The notes beneath the pieces are model-generated. The model was not told the DNA's origin, ran no database searches, and was given only the letters and a program-made list of their open reading frames with translations. A stretch of 64,000 nt of DNA. Source: Tubiluchus corallicola. Taxonomy: Eukaryota > Animalia > Priapulida. Numbering within the stretch: the first letter of the stretch is position 1; each line of letters opens with the position of its first letter. This document shows, piece after piece, positions 18,192-31,337 of the stretch. The DNA lies in NCBI GenBank assembly GCA_030141605.1, contig JAQGDQ010000021.1, positions 992,001 to 1,056,000 of the forward strand. The letters run 5' to 3'. The position numbers and the translations under genes were made by a program.

Positions 18192-21100
18192 ATGGATAAT
18201 CATAAAGACATTTTGATTGGAACATTATGCTTATGTTTGTTGGCGCTGCCTCGTCTTTTTAGACGGTGAGGTTAATTGCATTTTTAAATAAACTAAAATT
18301 AATTCGTAAAGTACCAATATTTTTTATTAGGATTATAGGAAAAAGTTTAAACAGTACATGTTACAGAAACGAGCACTGTAATTTTTAATTTTGTAATCAA
18401 CGGCCATTGTCTATCTCGCCATTTTGTCTGTTTCTTTTAGGTATACTGAGCAGTTCCCAAGAAATGAAACTTCTGATTCACAAGGAATGAGAGATGGTAC
18501 GTAGTGTTGTTAGTATAGTACTAATTTACTAGGACACTAAAGTACTAAATACTGACTGGTGACTAAGTACTAAGGTACTAAGTACTAAAGACACATAAAA
18601 TTACGAAGGACTAATTATCGGCTATTTCCTCAATTGACTAACTGTTATACTAATTCACTCACCCCAAATGTAGCTGTGGTGATTTTATAGAAAGTTCTTA
18701 ACATTACTTTTTTGAATGCATAAAATATGGTAGAGCCAGAGCAGCATTATTAGACGAACTAATCAACCACCAGATTGTAACACGTAAATCTTTACAAAAT
18801 GATAATCCTGCATTCTATACACAAAAGTATTTAAAAAATTCAAAACTGGTCATCAATCTTGCTATATTCCACACAATTTACAATAGCAGTTTATTAAATA
18901 AATCTCTCGCTTTACAATACAATAGAAATTTACTATAAGACGATTACTCAGCAACTTTGCAATGCATCTTATTATTGCTGTTGTTATTTAAATGTTGTTT
19001 TTGCGAATTAACATGCAAAACTGTTCACGTATACACCAAACTGTATTTGAGCCACGTATTTGATCTAATGAAGTGTTAGTTTGGTTGTAACGCCCATTAT
19101 TCTTTTAGTAGTACCTTGCGCTTAGCATTTGCACCGTGAAGATACTTGTATCAGACACAGTCTGTATTGTAAATTCACTTTAAACAAATAAAGTTTAAAC
19201 TAATTCACTGATTAATAAAACCCACTGGCTGGCCTGCCTTTGTCATTCTCTGACTTACAAAGTCACGAACTGATTAGGGCCCGGATTCAAGTATCGTGCT
19301 GGAAACCAGCTTTGTGCGTGAGAACGATTTACGCATGCTTAAGGATGTAGTTGCAAATCACATGTAGCAATTTAGCGATTAAGGTGTAACTCACGTGTCC
19401 ACGAAGGAAGGTGCGCAAGTTAAGTGCATTTTAAGTGCTATCCTCGATGCCTAAAACTGCCGTAGAAACGCGCGTAAAGTTACGAGTGGTCGGGAGTACT
19501 CCTAAGTCTGTTTTAGCGACGCAACCCGTGTTGACTTCCACATTATTTACAACTGCATTAAAAGGGATTATACACTTTTCTAATTCATAAAAAGAGTAGC
19601 AGCACCAGCAGTACTGCAGTAGTAGAGGTAGTAGTAGCGGAGGTAGTGCTGGTGGTAGTCCAGGCGGTGGCGGTGATGACGGTCTGACAACATCCTGTAC
19701 GTAGTCGTCACAAATTCTGCTGTTACGATAGTCACTTGGTCATGCATCATGGCAGCTCTGCTAAATCCCCCGTCATAGCCCAAACATACGAAAGTGGCTG
19801 GCAGAAGTAAAGTTTGTCATTTGCTTTTCATTCAAATTGATCACTATAATTCAAGCATTAAGGATAGGCAATTAGAGTTAGTTCGTCGTAAGCATAACAG
19901 TACTGTTCTTTAGCATCCATACAATGCAAGCGGGACTATTAAGCAACAAAATTTCAAGGTAAACAAAATAAATAAACCAGAGACAATTACAGAATAACTG
20001 CACCACAGTCGCTCTCTCTTCCTCTTTTTCACCCTCACTCTCTTCTCTCTTTCACCCTCTTTCTCGCACTCACTTACCCATCTCTACTCTCTGTCCACTT
20101 TTCGTGCTTTCTTTTCTGCGATTTTTTTTGTTTATATCAGCAGTGAATGCTCCGCAATAATTTGCACTAGACAGAATGTAAATGAAGTTATATTTCCAAT
20201 CGTGTTGGAATAATATATCGTGTTAGTATAATATATTGTTACATAGTATGTTATATTGCCACTACAGCGCTACAAAGTTACACAAGATACCTCAGAAAGC
20301 CCGTAAAAATTTCCCTCGCATATTATGAATGAAAACGCATTTAATGCAGAAGCAAAATTAATTTGACCAAAAACAACTGATAGTGTTATTATTGGTGCTA
20401 TAGCAACAGAATTATTTCCTGCGTTCAAATCGTAGGATTCTCTGTGTAAGCGACCCTTACGAATGTTATGTCGAGGCTCGCGAAAACCGCGACCACAGAG
20501 AACATTTTTGCAAGCGGTGATTCGTTAGTTTGCAATTTCAATTGCGCAAGGTTTAGGAGCCATACACTAAAACGTGCGTACGTGTAGCTAAAGATCGCAA
20601 ATCTCAAGACAGATACGTGAATTCGCTGGGCAAACGTGCATAAGCTTCTCACACGCAAACACACTTACGACAGAAAGCAAAACGTGCTTACGCAAACCTT
20701 AAGACAGATACGTGAATTCGCTGGGCAAACGTGCATAAGCTTCTCACACGCAAACACACTTACGACAGAAAGCAAAACGTGCTTACGCAAACCTTAAGAC
20801 AGATACGTGAATTCGCTGGGCAAACGTGCATAAGCGTCTCACACGCAAACATCCGTTTCGTAGGCAAGATTGGTGAACCACCATAAGTGACTAACTGACA
20901 TAACCGGCTGATTCATTCATTGTCTAGCTAACTCTCAAAATGACTGACTGCCTGACTGAGGTTAGTTTAGCTACTGACTGGCCGATCGACCAACCGACCG
21001 ACAGATTGATTGCCACTGTAACTGATTGACTGACCAAGAAAACCGTCTAACCAAACTGACTGACTAGCTGATTAGCCTAGTTACTTTCTAACTGACTGTT

Positions 21101-24100
21101 CTTCCGACTGAACTGCCTAAGTCACTGGCTAATTTGTATACCGAGTAACTCAAGTACTGACTGGTGATTGTTTGACTGAATCACTACCTAACTGAACAAT
21201 TGATTGACCAATTTAATCTTAACCTTTCTCTTCAAGAGTATTTTGAAAATGTCTGTATTATTATCAACTGTGCATTCTTTCTACAATGTCATTATTTGTG
21301 TGTTTCAGGGAATCAAGTATTTGATTACTCGCACATACCGCTTCTATTATTTCTGGTTACAATTTTTCGAAGACGTCTTTTTGGTCAACTGAATACCGAC
21401 CAGAAAGGCACACAAACGCCTATAGACCCTTGCTCGAATCAAAGAGACAATCAAAGTGTCAGACGTGGGGAAATGTCTGCTCGACCAACTGGCCGCTTTG
21501 ATCAGTCTAATAACGTCACGCATGCGCAAACCTCAGTAAGAAGAACACGTGATTACTGCAGAACAAAGTATGCTGGGATTGAAACAGTAGACAATGAAAC
21601 CCCTTCCCAGACATTTGCTGATTGCAAAGCAACAAGCAATCACAGAACATGTAGCAATGACGTCTGTGAATTAAATAATGTAGACAAGCATAACGTTGTT
21701 GATGCACATGATTCACAATATTCTGAATTTAGAAAAATTGCGCGTCCACCAATGTTGAGAAAAACGTGTGTTGATCAATACAATGAATGTAATAAAATTG
21801 TTGAAAAAATGACAGTATGCAACCAGAATAACAGCAAAGATGAAGCAAATGAATTTTTGCCCTGTACTCACACTCAGTCATGTGACGAAAGAATTTTTTT
21901 TGAAACTTCTGATTGCCCTTCCTACAGCAAACTGCAGAGCCGATCTCTTGCAACAACTATTCCGGATGACTCAGTTTTTACAGACTCAACCGTCATATCT
22001 GATGAAGACAGATTTTCAGATGTTAGTTTCAGACAAACTAACACTGACACTGATGCATCAAGCAAACAGTTTTGTCTGTCACCTATTCAAAATATTCCTC
22101 TACGAAAGCGTAGCTCAGTACCAAGTGGTGGGAATGCTGATTTCATTTCAACAACGAGCTTGTCAAACTACAAAGATTCATCAACACAAGACGATTCGTA
22201 TGAAGTTGTAAATGATCTCGTAGATTTGCTAACTAGCGGTGACGAATTTCAAATGTCTGCAGGTTATGGAAGCCATGTTGAGAAAACTACATCTTGTGAG
22301 GATGGATTAGTAGAATGCCCAGAACTTACTGAAAATAGTGAAAATTCCACGGCTATAATCCCAAACAAAGAACTTGTGCGTTTCTTTGATAGCATAACCC
22401 CATTACAGGAATCACCAGTGGTGGTCCCACGCGACAACGTAATTTATGAAAATGCAAATGAAATTAAACGTGAAAATTCAGGCGTCACGGTAACAAAAAG
22501 CACAGAAATCAGAACTAGGCCGACACCACACAGTAGTCACAAGAACACTGATGATCTGCTGACAGTTTCTTTAGAAAACAACAAACAGATGTCAGAATAC
22601 TGTTATCCTGTAAGTTCAAATAATCCGTTGAAAGGTAAACATTTAACAGAAACATGTGTATATACTGTACAAATACCGCAGGTAAACTGTATGTCAGATC
22701 TAAGACCAAGAAACCCCCAAAATCGAACTTTTCTCATTGCTACATCTGGCCTTGCTGGTGATTGTCCAAACACAAATTCATCGGCCATGCCACATATTAA
22801 AAGTGATGGTGCTCAAAACACAAACAATGTAAGCAAAGCTGATATGCTTGAAACAAAACTCCAGGATGATTCTGCTTTCTTCAAAGAACGCATAACACAA
22901 GCGAATGCAACGTCGACGCCTGTAAAATCACACGCACAAGCCACTCGGACACTGCTAGACATTAGTCCAACTTCTAGTCAAATAATGCAATTTGACAAGA
23001 GTTTAGTAGTGAACTTGCCAATTTCTCCTTGCTTCAGTGACACCAGCACCAATATTTTACCTTCCACTGAAAACAAGAAGATACTGTTGCAAACAGCGGC
23101 ACAACTTGAACGGGAAACCTTACAAAATTCGTCCCTTTTAAAAGATAGACAGGTTATTGGCGATACAGTGACGTCAATAAATGAAAAACTCGCCGAAGAG
23201 GAAGTCAAATCTTACAGCAACGAATTAAAAGTGAAAACTGTCTTTGTTGTAACAAAAGAGTGTAGCAATGCTGATACGTTAAACTTGCAAGACATATTCA
23301 CTGTATCTCCTCTTAACACAGTTCCACTGCACAAACGAATTACCGACGTTAAAGAGAACGTAACAGAAAACAACAATTACAGTACAGAGATACATGAAGG
23401 AATGGCAAACCAAAACAATGCCACGGGCTCCAATATGCAGGCAGAACAAATGTCCAAAACTTTAAAAAATGTTAAAACTGTTGTGATGAAGAGTAGTGAC
23501 GAATCATCTCACACGTCATTCAGTCAGAAAAGGAGAAGCTTTCAAGATGACTTTAAACAGAATACGGTCACAAGTGCTGGGCAGACGCATACACAAATTC
23601 AAGAAGACGATGGAACAACTTCCCTAGGTAAAGCAGAAGGAAGAGAAATGATGAGTAAAGCGTCTCCCAAAACTCAAAGGGCATTGAGCAGTAACATCTC
23701 AACAGCAGCAACGCAAAAACCACTGCTGCACAAGCTCAGTAACAGTAATGCTGCCAGTTCTAAAAGTGAAAGTACAAAAACTGATTCTAAACCAGCAGCA
23801 TCAGTAAGTACTTTTGCAGATGAGATCCTTGTACGTGAGCAACGAATTAAGAGCAATCAGAACCAAACATTGCAGAATGCTGTGGCATCCAGTTTAAAAG
23901 AGATTCATGAGCTGCACAGAATTGTGTCGCTAACAGAAAAGGTGCCAATTAAAAATTCAAAAAATTTAGTAAACATTAGCAACATTCGTACAACAAATGT
24001 TCTCTTGAAGTCACCCTTGCAACAGAAAGACCGTCCTTGTGGTACGTCTAGTATTCCAATATCATTATCAAAAACATCAATAACTATGCGTGCAAATGAA

Positions 24101-27100
24101 CAACCTGAACAAAACACAGGCAATAAAAAAGACGTAGTTGTAATAATAAATGAACGATTAGCTGAGGAAGAATTGTGCATTTATTCGTTCACACAAGATA
24201 AGTTCATTTCAGAGAACTTGTTAAAAACTTGTAAATATAGAAATATAGTGATGCCTCTTCCAAGAGTACCTTCGCACCACCGAATGACAAGTCCTGATTT
24301 GTGCAAAACAAAAAATAGTCTTGCCACTTTAAAAACAATAAGTTCGACTTTTATTGAAGAGCATAGTACAAATCCAGGAAAATGGGAACAGGACTCTCCT
24401 TACTACAATGATGGGCTATTGTATGATTTAAGTGAAAGTGATGCAGATCAGAATATCGCTGACCATCCAGAAGCGAAAAGTGCAGATGCTGTTTCACTTA
24501 TAAATGAAGAACTGGCAGAAAAAGAGCTATGTTTTTACAATGTACCAATTCTCGCAGCAAATTTTTGTCAAACTATTACGGTGTTGTATGACGAAACTAA
24601 CATTGTAGCACCACTTGAAGAACTTCCTTCACATAACAGAAATAAACACGTATTAGAAAGGAAAGCAACTGCTGATTTGGAGGTTGACGATAATGAAGCA
24701 TCTAGTGCAAAAGCAAGTGCTCAAGTTTACAGTGATTATGAGCACAAATACGTTACAATTTTAAAACATGTTCCGGCTCATGATAGGCATAACGCCCATC
24801 AACCAAAAAAGACAGTAAGTTTTAGTGGTCACGAAGAAATTTACGAAGCTGAAATAGCGCAAAATTTTTTACCTAAAAATGATCATAACCGACTTGAAGA
24901 GAAAGTTACGTCCGAAACAGAACAGGAAAACATCACAGAATTTCTGAGTTCTCCTGTGGGTAGTGATGATGAAACTGATCTACCTGTGACAAATTGTCAA
25001 AAAATGCATGTGCGTCGCCAGCAAAGAAAAATGCCGCGAAATAACATTGACAGTTCGGTTTCAAAAAGAGATTCTGATAACAAAGTGGATTCAAATCTGT
25101 GCAGTTTTCTTCATAAGAAAATTGTGTCTAGTTGTTTAAGGTCTTCAAACGTTCACTCAAATGTTGAAAAATCAGATAAGAAAGAAATGCTTAGTGAGCA
25201 AAAGCCTATTAGACCTAAAAGCAACTTGCGCATTAGGCAATATGTTGATTCTAAAGAAAAGAAGAATGATGTCAGTAGCACCAGTAGCAGCAATAACAAT
25301 AAAATATTCAACCAGGAAGAAAGTTCTTACCAAATTGAGTATAGCCCAAAGTCTGATGCAGAAGAAATATATGTACATGTAACACCATATAAGCGCCAAC
25401 AAGAAACATGGGAAAATGCTTGTCACTGCTGCAATATTTCAGTAGCACCAGATGTAACTAAACAACGAGAGTTTCATCAACAATATTATAAAGATGACAT
25501 GTTATTAGCAGCTAAAAATATTCAGCCACTCAAAAGGAGTACAAGTATGCCAGTAATTAAAGACGAGATTGCTTTATCTGGATACGCTCATCTATTCAAA
25601 AGGGAGAAGGCAACAGCAGAAAAAGGTTCTGGTGATGGAGAAACTGATACAGATGTAGATGTGGAGCCACTTGCAGATGTACCATTGCACAAACGTAGTG
25701 AAGTGTCTCCTAGCGAAAAAGATACCGGTTTAGATTCAAGTACGATAAGCAGGAAAGACAGTGGAGATAGCTGTGCAAATTTTAAAGAGTTGCACCTTGT
25801 GAAATCGCCCACTCCATTAAGAATGGATATTCCAAATAGTTGTTCTCTGGAAAACAGCAATTTTTTATCTTCAGTGAAGCAGTTACATGAAGGTAATGCG
25901 CCAAAGGACAAAGATAGTGACAGACTATTGCAAGTTGATGTTGCTGTGAACAAATTGAGCGATAAAAAACTGCAAGATACACATCGCAACAGATTATCAT
26001 CTGCAACATTGGCAAAATCTTTTGATCAGGAAACTGACAGGAAAAAAGTTGATTCAGACGAGAAAATTAGAGTAACAAAAAACCTAGAATCGCAAACCGT
26101 AAAAGATAGTCTTGGTAATTCAGCACCTTTACTAAATGATACGACGATAAAGGATCAACAGTTACTGCGAGATGCTAAATGTAATATGTTAGAAACAGAA
26201 AACAATCTATTAGATGCAAACAGCACTCACAAAAATCAGACTGAGCCACGGTGCTTCGTAGATTCTTCAAATTTTACAACATTCATAGAAAATGAAATTC
26301 AAGTTGGCGTGAAAGATGGCGTGTCTGTGTTGAATAAAGTTTTAGAAATGGAGGAGTTGCACCTAGAGAATGACAGTATTGAGAGCCAAAGTAGCTCAAG
26401 TGACTCAGAAAACGTTAAATCAAACGTGGAAGCGAACGAATTAAATAAAGTGGTGGTGACGCCACTCATAATTCCTCGACTGAAAAAACAACATAATGAC
26501 AACAATGCCGCCACTAAAACAGAATCACGTGAAAGACTTCAGGGAAAATTTTGTGGAGGCGATGTATGTTCGTTTGGCAAAGCTACACAAAGTTTATACA
26601 AAAGTGGCTCATCAAAAGGCTTGCATCAAACTTCAAAGCTGTTACAACAAATAAAAAAAGACATATATTTTACTGAAAACCCAGCTTTTGGAGGCGACAA
26701 TAATTTAACAAGCTCTTCTGGTACAGTACCGCCTTGGAATAATGTTACATGTCAAACCAGCGTCGTCAACAATGAAACTGAATTAGTGGATGAAAGTGCA
26801 TCAGTTCTGAGAAACAAAACTCATCCATTAACAAACAAATATATTGATTACATGGAAATTTCCACACATAAACCAGATGTAAACTCAGAAAATGTTAACT
26901 CCGCAGAAACGAAGGTCGACAAAATAACTTCTGCTAGTTGCAAGAGCATGGAGCAAAAAAGAGGTGATTCTAATTGTGAACAACAATTAACAACAAATTT
27001 TACAGTATCAGACGAATATCCTCAAACAACTGGCTCCAAGGCAGATAAAGAAAGTGTTCAATCTACAAAAGAAAGGAGAAGTAAAAAGGATTTTGACTTT

Positions 27101-30100
27101 CAAGGTGATCATCCGTTTATTTCTAATTCAGGTATTTTAGCAGACCAAACACAGTCATTTGACTCTACTGAAAGAAATTGCAAAGAAATCAGTAGGGATC
27201 TAATGTCCACCGACTCTGCTACAAGAATAGATGCAACGCAAGTCCATGATGTCAAATCTAAAGGAATACAGTGCACTGATGACATAGTAGCTACAATAAA
27301 TGAAATACTATCAGAAGAGAACCTACAGCTCTTGGATAAGAAATATTCTGTCAGACTAAATGAAGAAAATATTTTCGAAATAAATGGAAGTGATAATGAT
27401 TCGGCAGGCAACAAATCCGATATCAACTTTGCAGAGAACTTTCGAATTAATAATGGAAGTTCTTTTAGTGGATCAAGTTCAGAGCTAACACAAATAGAAA
27501 AGGAAAAAGTTGTCAAAATGCATAAAACTATTGACAGTGATTCAACAGGCCACCATAACGAAAATTTGTGCTGCACAGAAAACGAATTCGCCAATGAACA
27601 AAACGCTATTGGGGCAGAAGAAGTCTTGTATCATTCACAGTTAGAGTCAGCCGCCATTGTGAAACCTTTAACGAAAGTTCCTTCCCACATGAAAGGTCTT
27701 ACGTTACCATTAGCATATGCAGAAAACAGAAGTAAAGCAATTGATACAGCAATAGTAACAGTGGATAGTAAGAAACTTTCAAAAAGCAGTAACGAAGAAA
27801 TGCTCAAAGGAAATTTTGATTTAAATGATGACGCACAACCATTAAAACGAATTCCATCTCACACTCGCAGTTCGGCATTATCAATAGAAATGGAAAACCC
27901 AGATAAAACATTTATTCAAAAAGGCATGAAAGTGGACAATGAAACCAATTTTTTAACCAACAGGCGGCAAGTAGCACATCAACAAGTTTTACATCTAAAT
28001 GAAGTAGCAAATCCTTTAAAACAATCACCAACTGTCAATCACAGCAACAATGCAGTGCAGCAAATAAAAAACAAGATAATTGCTGATTCAAGGCAGAGTG
28101 TGCACATTATGGAAGAAGTCTCAGAAAACAGTAAAAGCGTGGTCCAGGGAGACTTTAGCAGAAATAACGTGGTAAAGCCGCTAATGCAACTTCCTTGCCG
28201 CACACACAGTCTTCCATCTCTAACTCACCAGGCAACGGTTGTACAAGAGAAAGACGAGACAAATGCCGAAAAAACCAAAATTGCAGATAATAACTGTGGT
28301 TTGGCAACTAATAGCAAAGAAGAAGCAAACCAAGAAATAGCTGGCTCGAATGAAGTGGCAGAACCTTTAAAAACTATTCCTTCTCACACACGTAGTATGA
28401 CATCATCAATAGACTTACATTACAAAATGCCAACTGCTGACAAAAACCAGAAGGTGAGCACCACAAAAGAAATCTCAAACAACAACGAAAAATTGTGCAA
28501 AGAAGAGTGTGACCGAAATTACTCGGTAAGACCTCTAAAGCAAATTCCTTCGCGTACACGTAGCTTGACATCGCTAACAGGGATACATTATAAAGACAAG
28601 GACATTCTTAAAGCAAGCAATACAATAGATGCCAAAAATGTGAGTCAGCTGCAAGAAATTGGTGGCAAAAATACCCAAACAAAACCTCTAAGAAACGTCC
28701 CTTTGCGTTCACGCAGTTTAACATCAAAAATAGATGAGATGGCCAGAAAAACGAAAGCTGAAATCGCAGACAGAAAGTTAGTCTCACAAGCTGGAAACTT
28801 GTTTAATAATGTACGAAAATGTCAGTCACAAATTTTAGCAACATTTTTAAACGAAACGAAAAGCTGGTCGAATGTTGGCTTAACTGCATCTTCAACTGTA
28901 CCGCTAATAGACGATAAATCAATGAGAAAGAAAACGAAATGTGAAGATATGAAAACAAAAATATCAACGTCGGGTAACACAGATACAGCTGATATTGATA
29001 AATCACCAAAGACCTTGGCTATTCAACCTCAGACTTTGTCAGTGCTAGCAAATGAAAGACGGTATGTCCAGTCAGATGCTAAAGTTAATCGGAAACAAAG
29101 TATGAAAGATGATCTTCACGAATGTTGTAATAAAGAAACCAAATTACAGACCGAGACACATTTAACTGCACAGGTGAAAATAACACAAGATGTTCCTTCA
29201 TTAGTAGCTAACGAAACAATGCATTCAACACAGAAAGAAATAGGTGTGACAGACAAAAGTTCTTTTTTTGGATTCGAGCCAACAAAGCCAGTTCAGCTGA
29301 CAATGAACACTGAGAGTTCAGATTATGATATAACAAGCGAAAGTGTCACATCAGAAGACGAATTAGCATCAAAAAGTTATTTAGGTATTAATTTAGTTAA
29401 ACCCTTAGAAAAAGTCCCAGCTCACACCAGGCATATGACTCGGCCAGCATCAGAAAAAGCACACAAAATTGAAGCAGTAACTGACAGTAACGCAGCCGAG
29501 TTGGAAGTTGAAAAACCAATTTTAAGAAAGTGCCACGCTTATACAAGCTCAGATCCTGAAAATCAGAATACCATAAATGCAATTTCTAGACAAGTAACAA
29601 AGTCTTCATCTGAGCTTCAAGTACCAACTTTAGAGAGCCCTGATCATTATTCTAATAGAAACAAAGATGAAACAACCCAAAATGGGAACCATTTTAATAC
29701 CTTCGCTTATGCTCGGATTCAGACTGTTCAGTTAAGTACTAAAATAAATGAATGCACAAATAAAACAGCTTGTGGTACAAATAGTGACCTTTTAGAAGAT
29801 ACCACGAACCCAGAAGATAATTTCCAACACGAGCGAAAGGTACAGAATGCCGTAAATGAAACAGACTTGCTAAATGAACCATTAAACAGTGAAGACCTTG
29901 CTTATTCGTCTAATGAAGGTCTTGTTTCTGACACAGACGAATGTCCACCTGATCAAGAAAAAGCTGAATTCGAGGAAGCTGTGACGCCACTAAAGAAATT
30001 TCCCTCCCACACTCGGCAAGTAGAAGCACATCATGTAAAAGAGGACAATGTTGATGTTGCCAATACCGCTGAACTAAGCGAAGACCATTCTACTAAAATT

Positions 30101-30868
30101 GACTTAACTATTTTTGCAATTACCTCCTCTGATGATGAACACATTTCGTATTATGACAACGGTTCCACACAGTCGTCATCACCCCGTGAAGACTATGACG
30201 TTGCAAGTAGCGACAGCAATAAAAGAGCAACAAGAAAAAGAAACATCCACAACGCTACCGAAAGAGCTTCTGACGAAATGCAGCTGTCATGTCATAGCAT
30301 AAGGCAACTGGACTATGTGGATTTATACACAAAAAACAATATTGATCTTGCCAGAAGACAGAATGATACGCCTATTAACGTTAGTCATGGAAATTATGAT
30401 GATATTGTGTTTAACAGTATGTTGCACTTTCCAACAAATTTGGCTACAACGTCGTGTTCATTGACAGAAAAATATGCAACTAACGTTATAGGCAACAATA
30501 ACAAACTAAAAAACCAACAATACATCGCAGATGAAAAGTCCAGTTTAGCAAGTGGCCCAAGAAAGGACTCGGTAATAAATGACACTTGCGAGAGGTGTGC
30601 TATTAAAGACAACGAGAGAAAATTGAAAACAGAAGCACGTACAGACATAAACATTTCGTCGTTCATTAATCAAAGGTTGACAGAAGACGAGTCACATTCC
30701 GTGTCCAACAGTGATACCCGGGACAAACATCAGACAAAAGAACGCGACACAGAAACACAATTTAACACGGCACCAGCAGCTCAAGAGCGAGTGCAATCAA
30801 GCGAGGTCGTCCCACTAATAAGAAAATTACCATCACGTAAACGAAAAGCTGCTTTTTTACAATCTTGA
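18192..30868 (+). CDS. Uncharacterised giant protein C (3229 aa; two N-terminal hydrophobic segments, then ~3150 aa S/T/N/E/K-rich disordered tail with a repeated motif), 3 exons
   Basis: Exons 18192-18265 (MDNHKDILIGTLCLCLLALPRLFRR, donor gtgag), 18441-18496 and 21309-30868 (9560 nt, open); phases 2/1; 9690 nt in frame. Exon 3 starts GNQVFDYSHIPLLLFLVTIFRRRLFG, homologous to gene B GFQVLLSNVMFLLFLAVLFRENLFG. Confidence 0.88.
20606..20851. repeat. 95-bp tandem repeat, ~2.6 near-identical copies, in gene C intron 2
   Basis: Unit aagacagatacgtgaattcgctgggcaaacg... starts at 20606, 20701 and 20796. Confidence 0.95.
20888..21210. repeat. Degenerate (TGAC)n tetranucleotide repeat
   Basis: Recurrent tgactgac/ctaactgac tracts. 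Confidence 0.7.
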
Positions 30869-31290
30869 ACTGAATATTTTATGATTAAGCAATGTTGTCA
30901 CCCACCACACCGACATCCATTAATATTCATGCTGGTTTTGCTAGCGTGCAGCTTTAGCTTTACTAAGATTTCGTAAAGACATAATAACATTGATAATAAT
31001 TTTGATAATTATCCTTTTTGTTAATATTTATTTAATTTATTTAATGTATTTATTGATTTTGTAATAATACGGTTCAGTAATGAGATCCCTGTCATGATAT
31101 GTAAACAAGCAATATCGGTACAACTTTCAGTTATGCAATATTTTTTGCCTAACAAAAATTACTCACATTCAGTGTTTACCTACACGACTACACTTTATAC
31201 CTAATTTTAGAAATAACGACTTCTCCCTTCTTTAACAGGAAACCATTTTCACTAGAGTAGCATATTTTTTAGCATAGTATGTACTATCAT

Positions 31291-31292
<2 letters not shown>

Positions 31293-31337
<45 letters not shown>
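31293..31337. repeat. (TA)n microsatellite
   Basis: Direct reading. Confidence 0.95.

Noticed and set aside
20606-20851. Regularly spaced repeats resembling a CRISPR array
   Set aside because: The whole 95-bp unit is repeated with no unique spacers; no cas genes; eukaryotic intron.
21200-21308. N-terminal 36 codons of the 3222-aa ORF (TTG start)
   Set aside because: Intronic read-through upstream of the acceptor tttcag|G at 21308/21309; the real N-terminus comes from exons at 18192 and 18441.
21347-30666. Many short minus-strand and off-frame ORFs within gene C, and 15211-15858 within gene B
   Set aside because: Expected shadows of long coding exons; no motifs or splice support.
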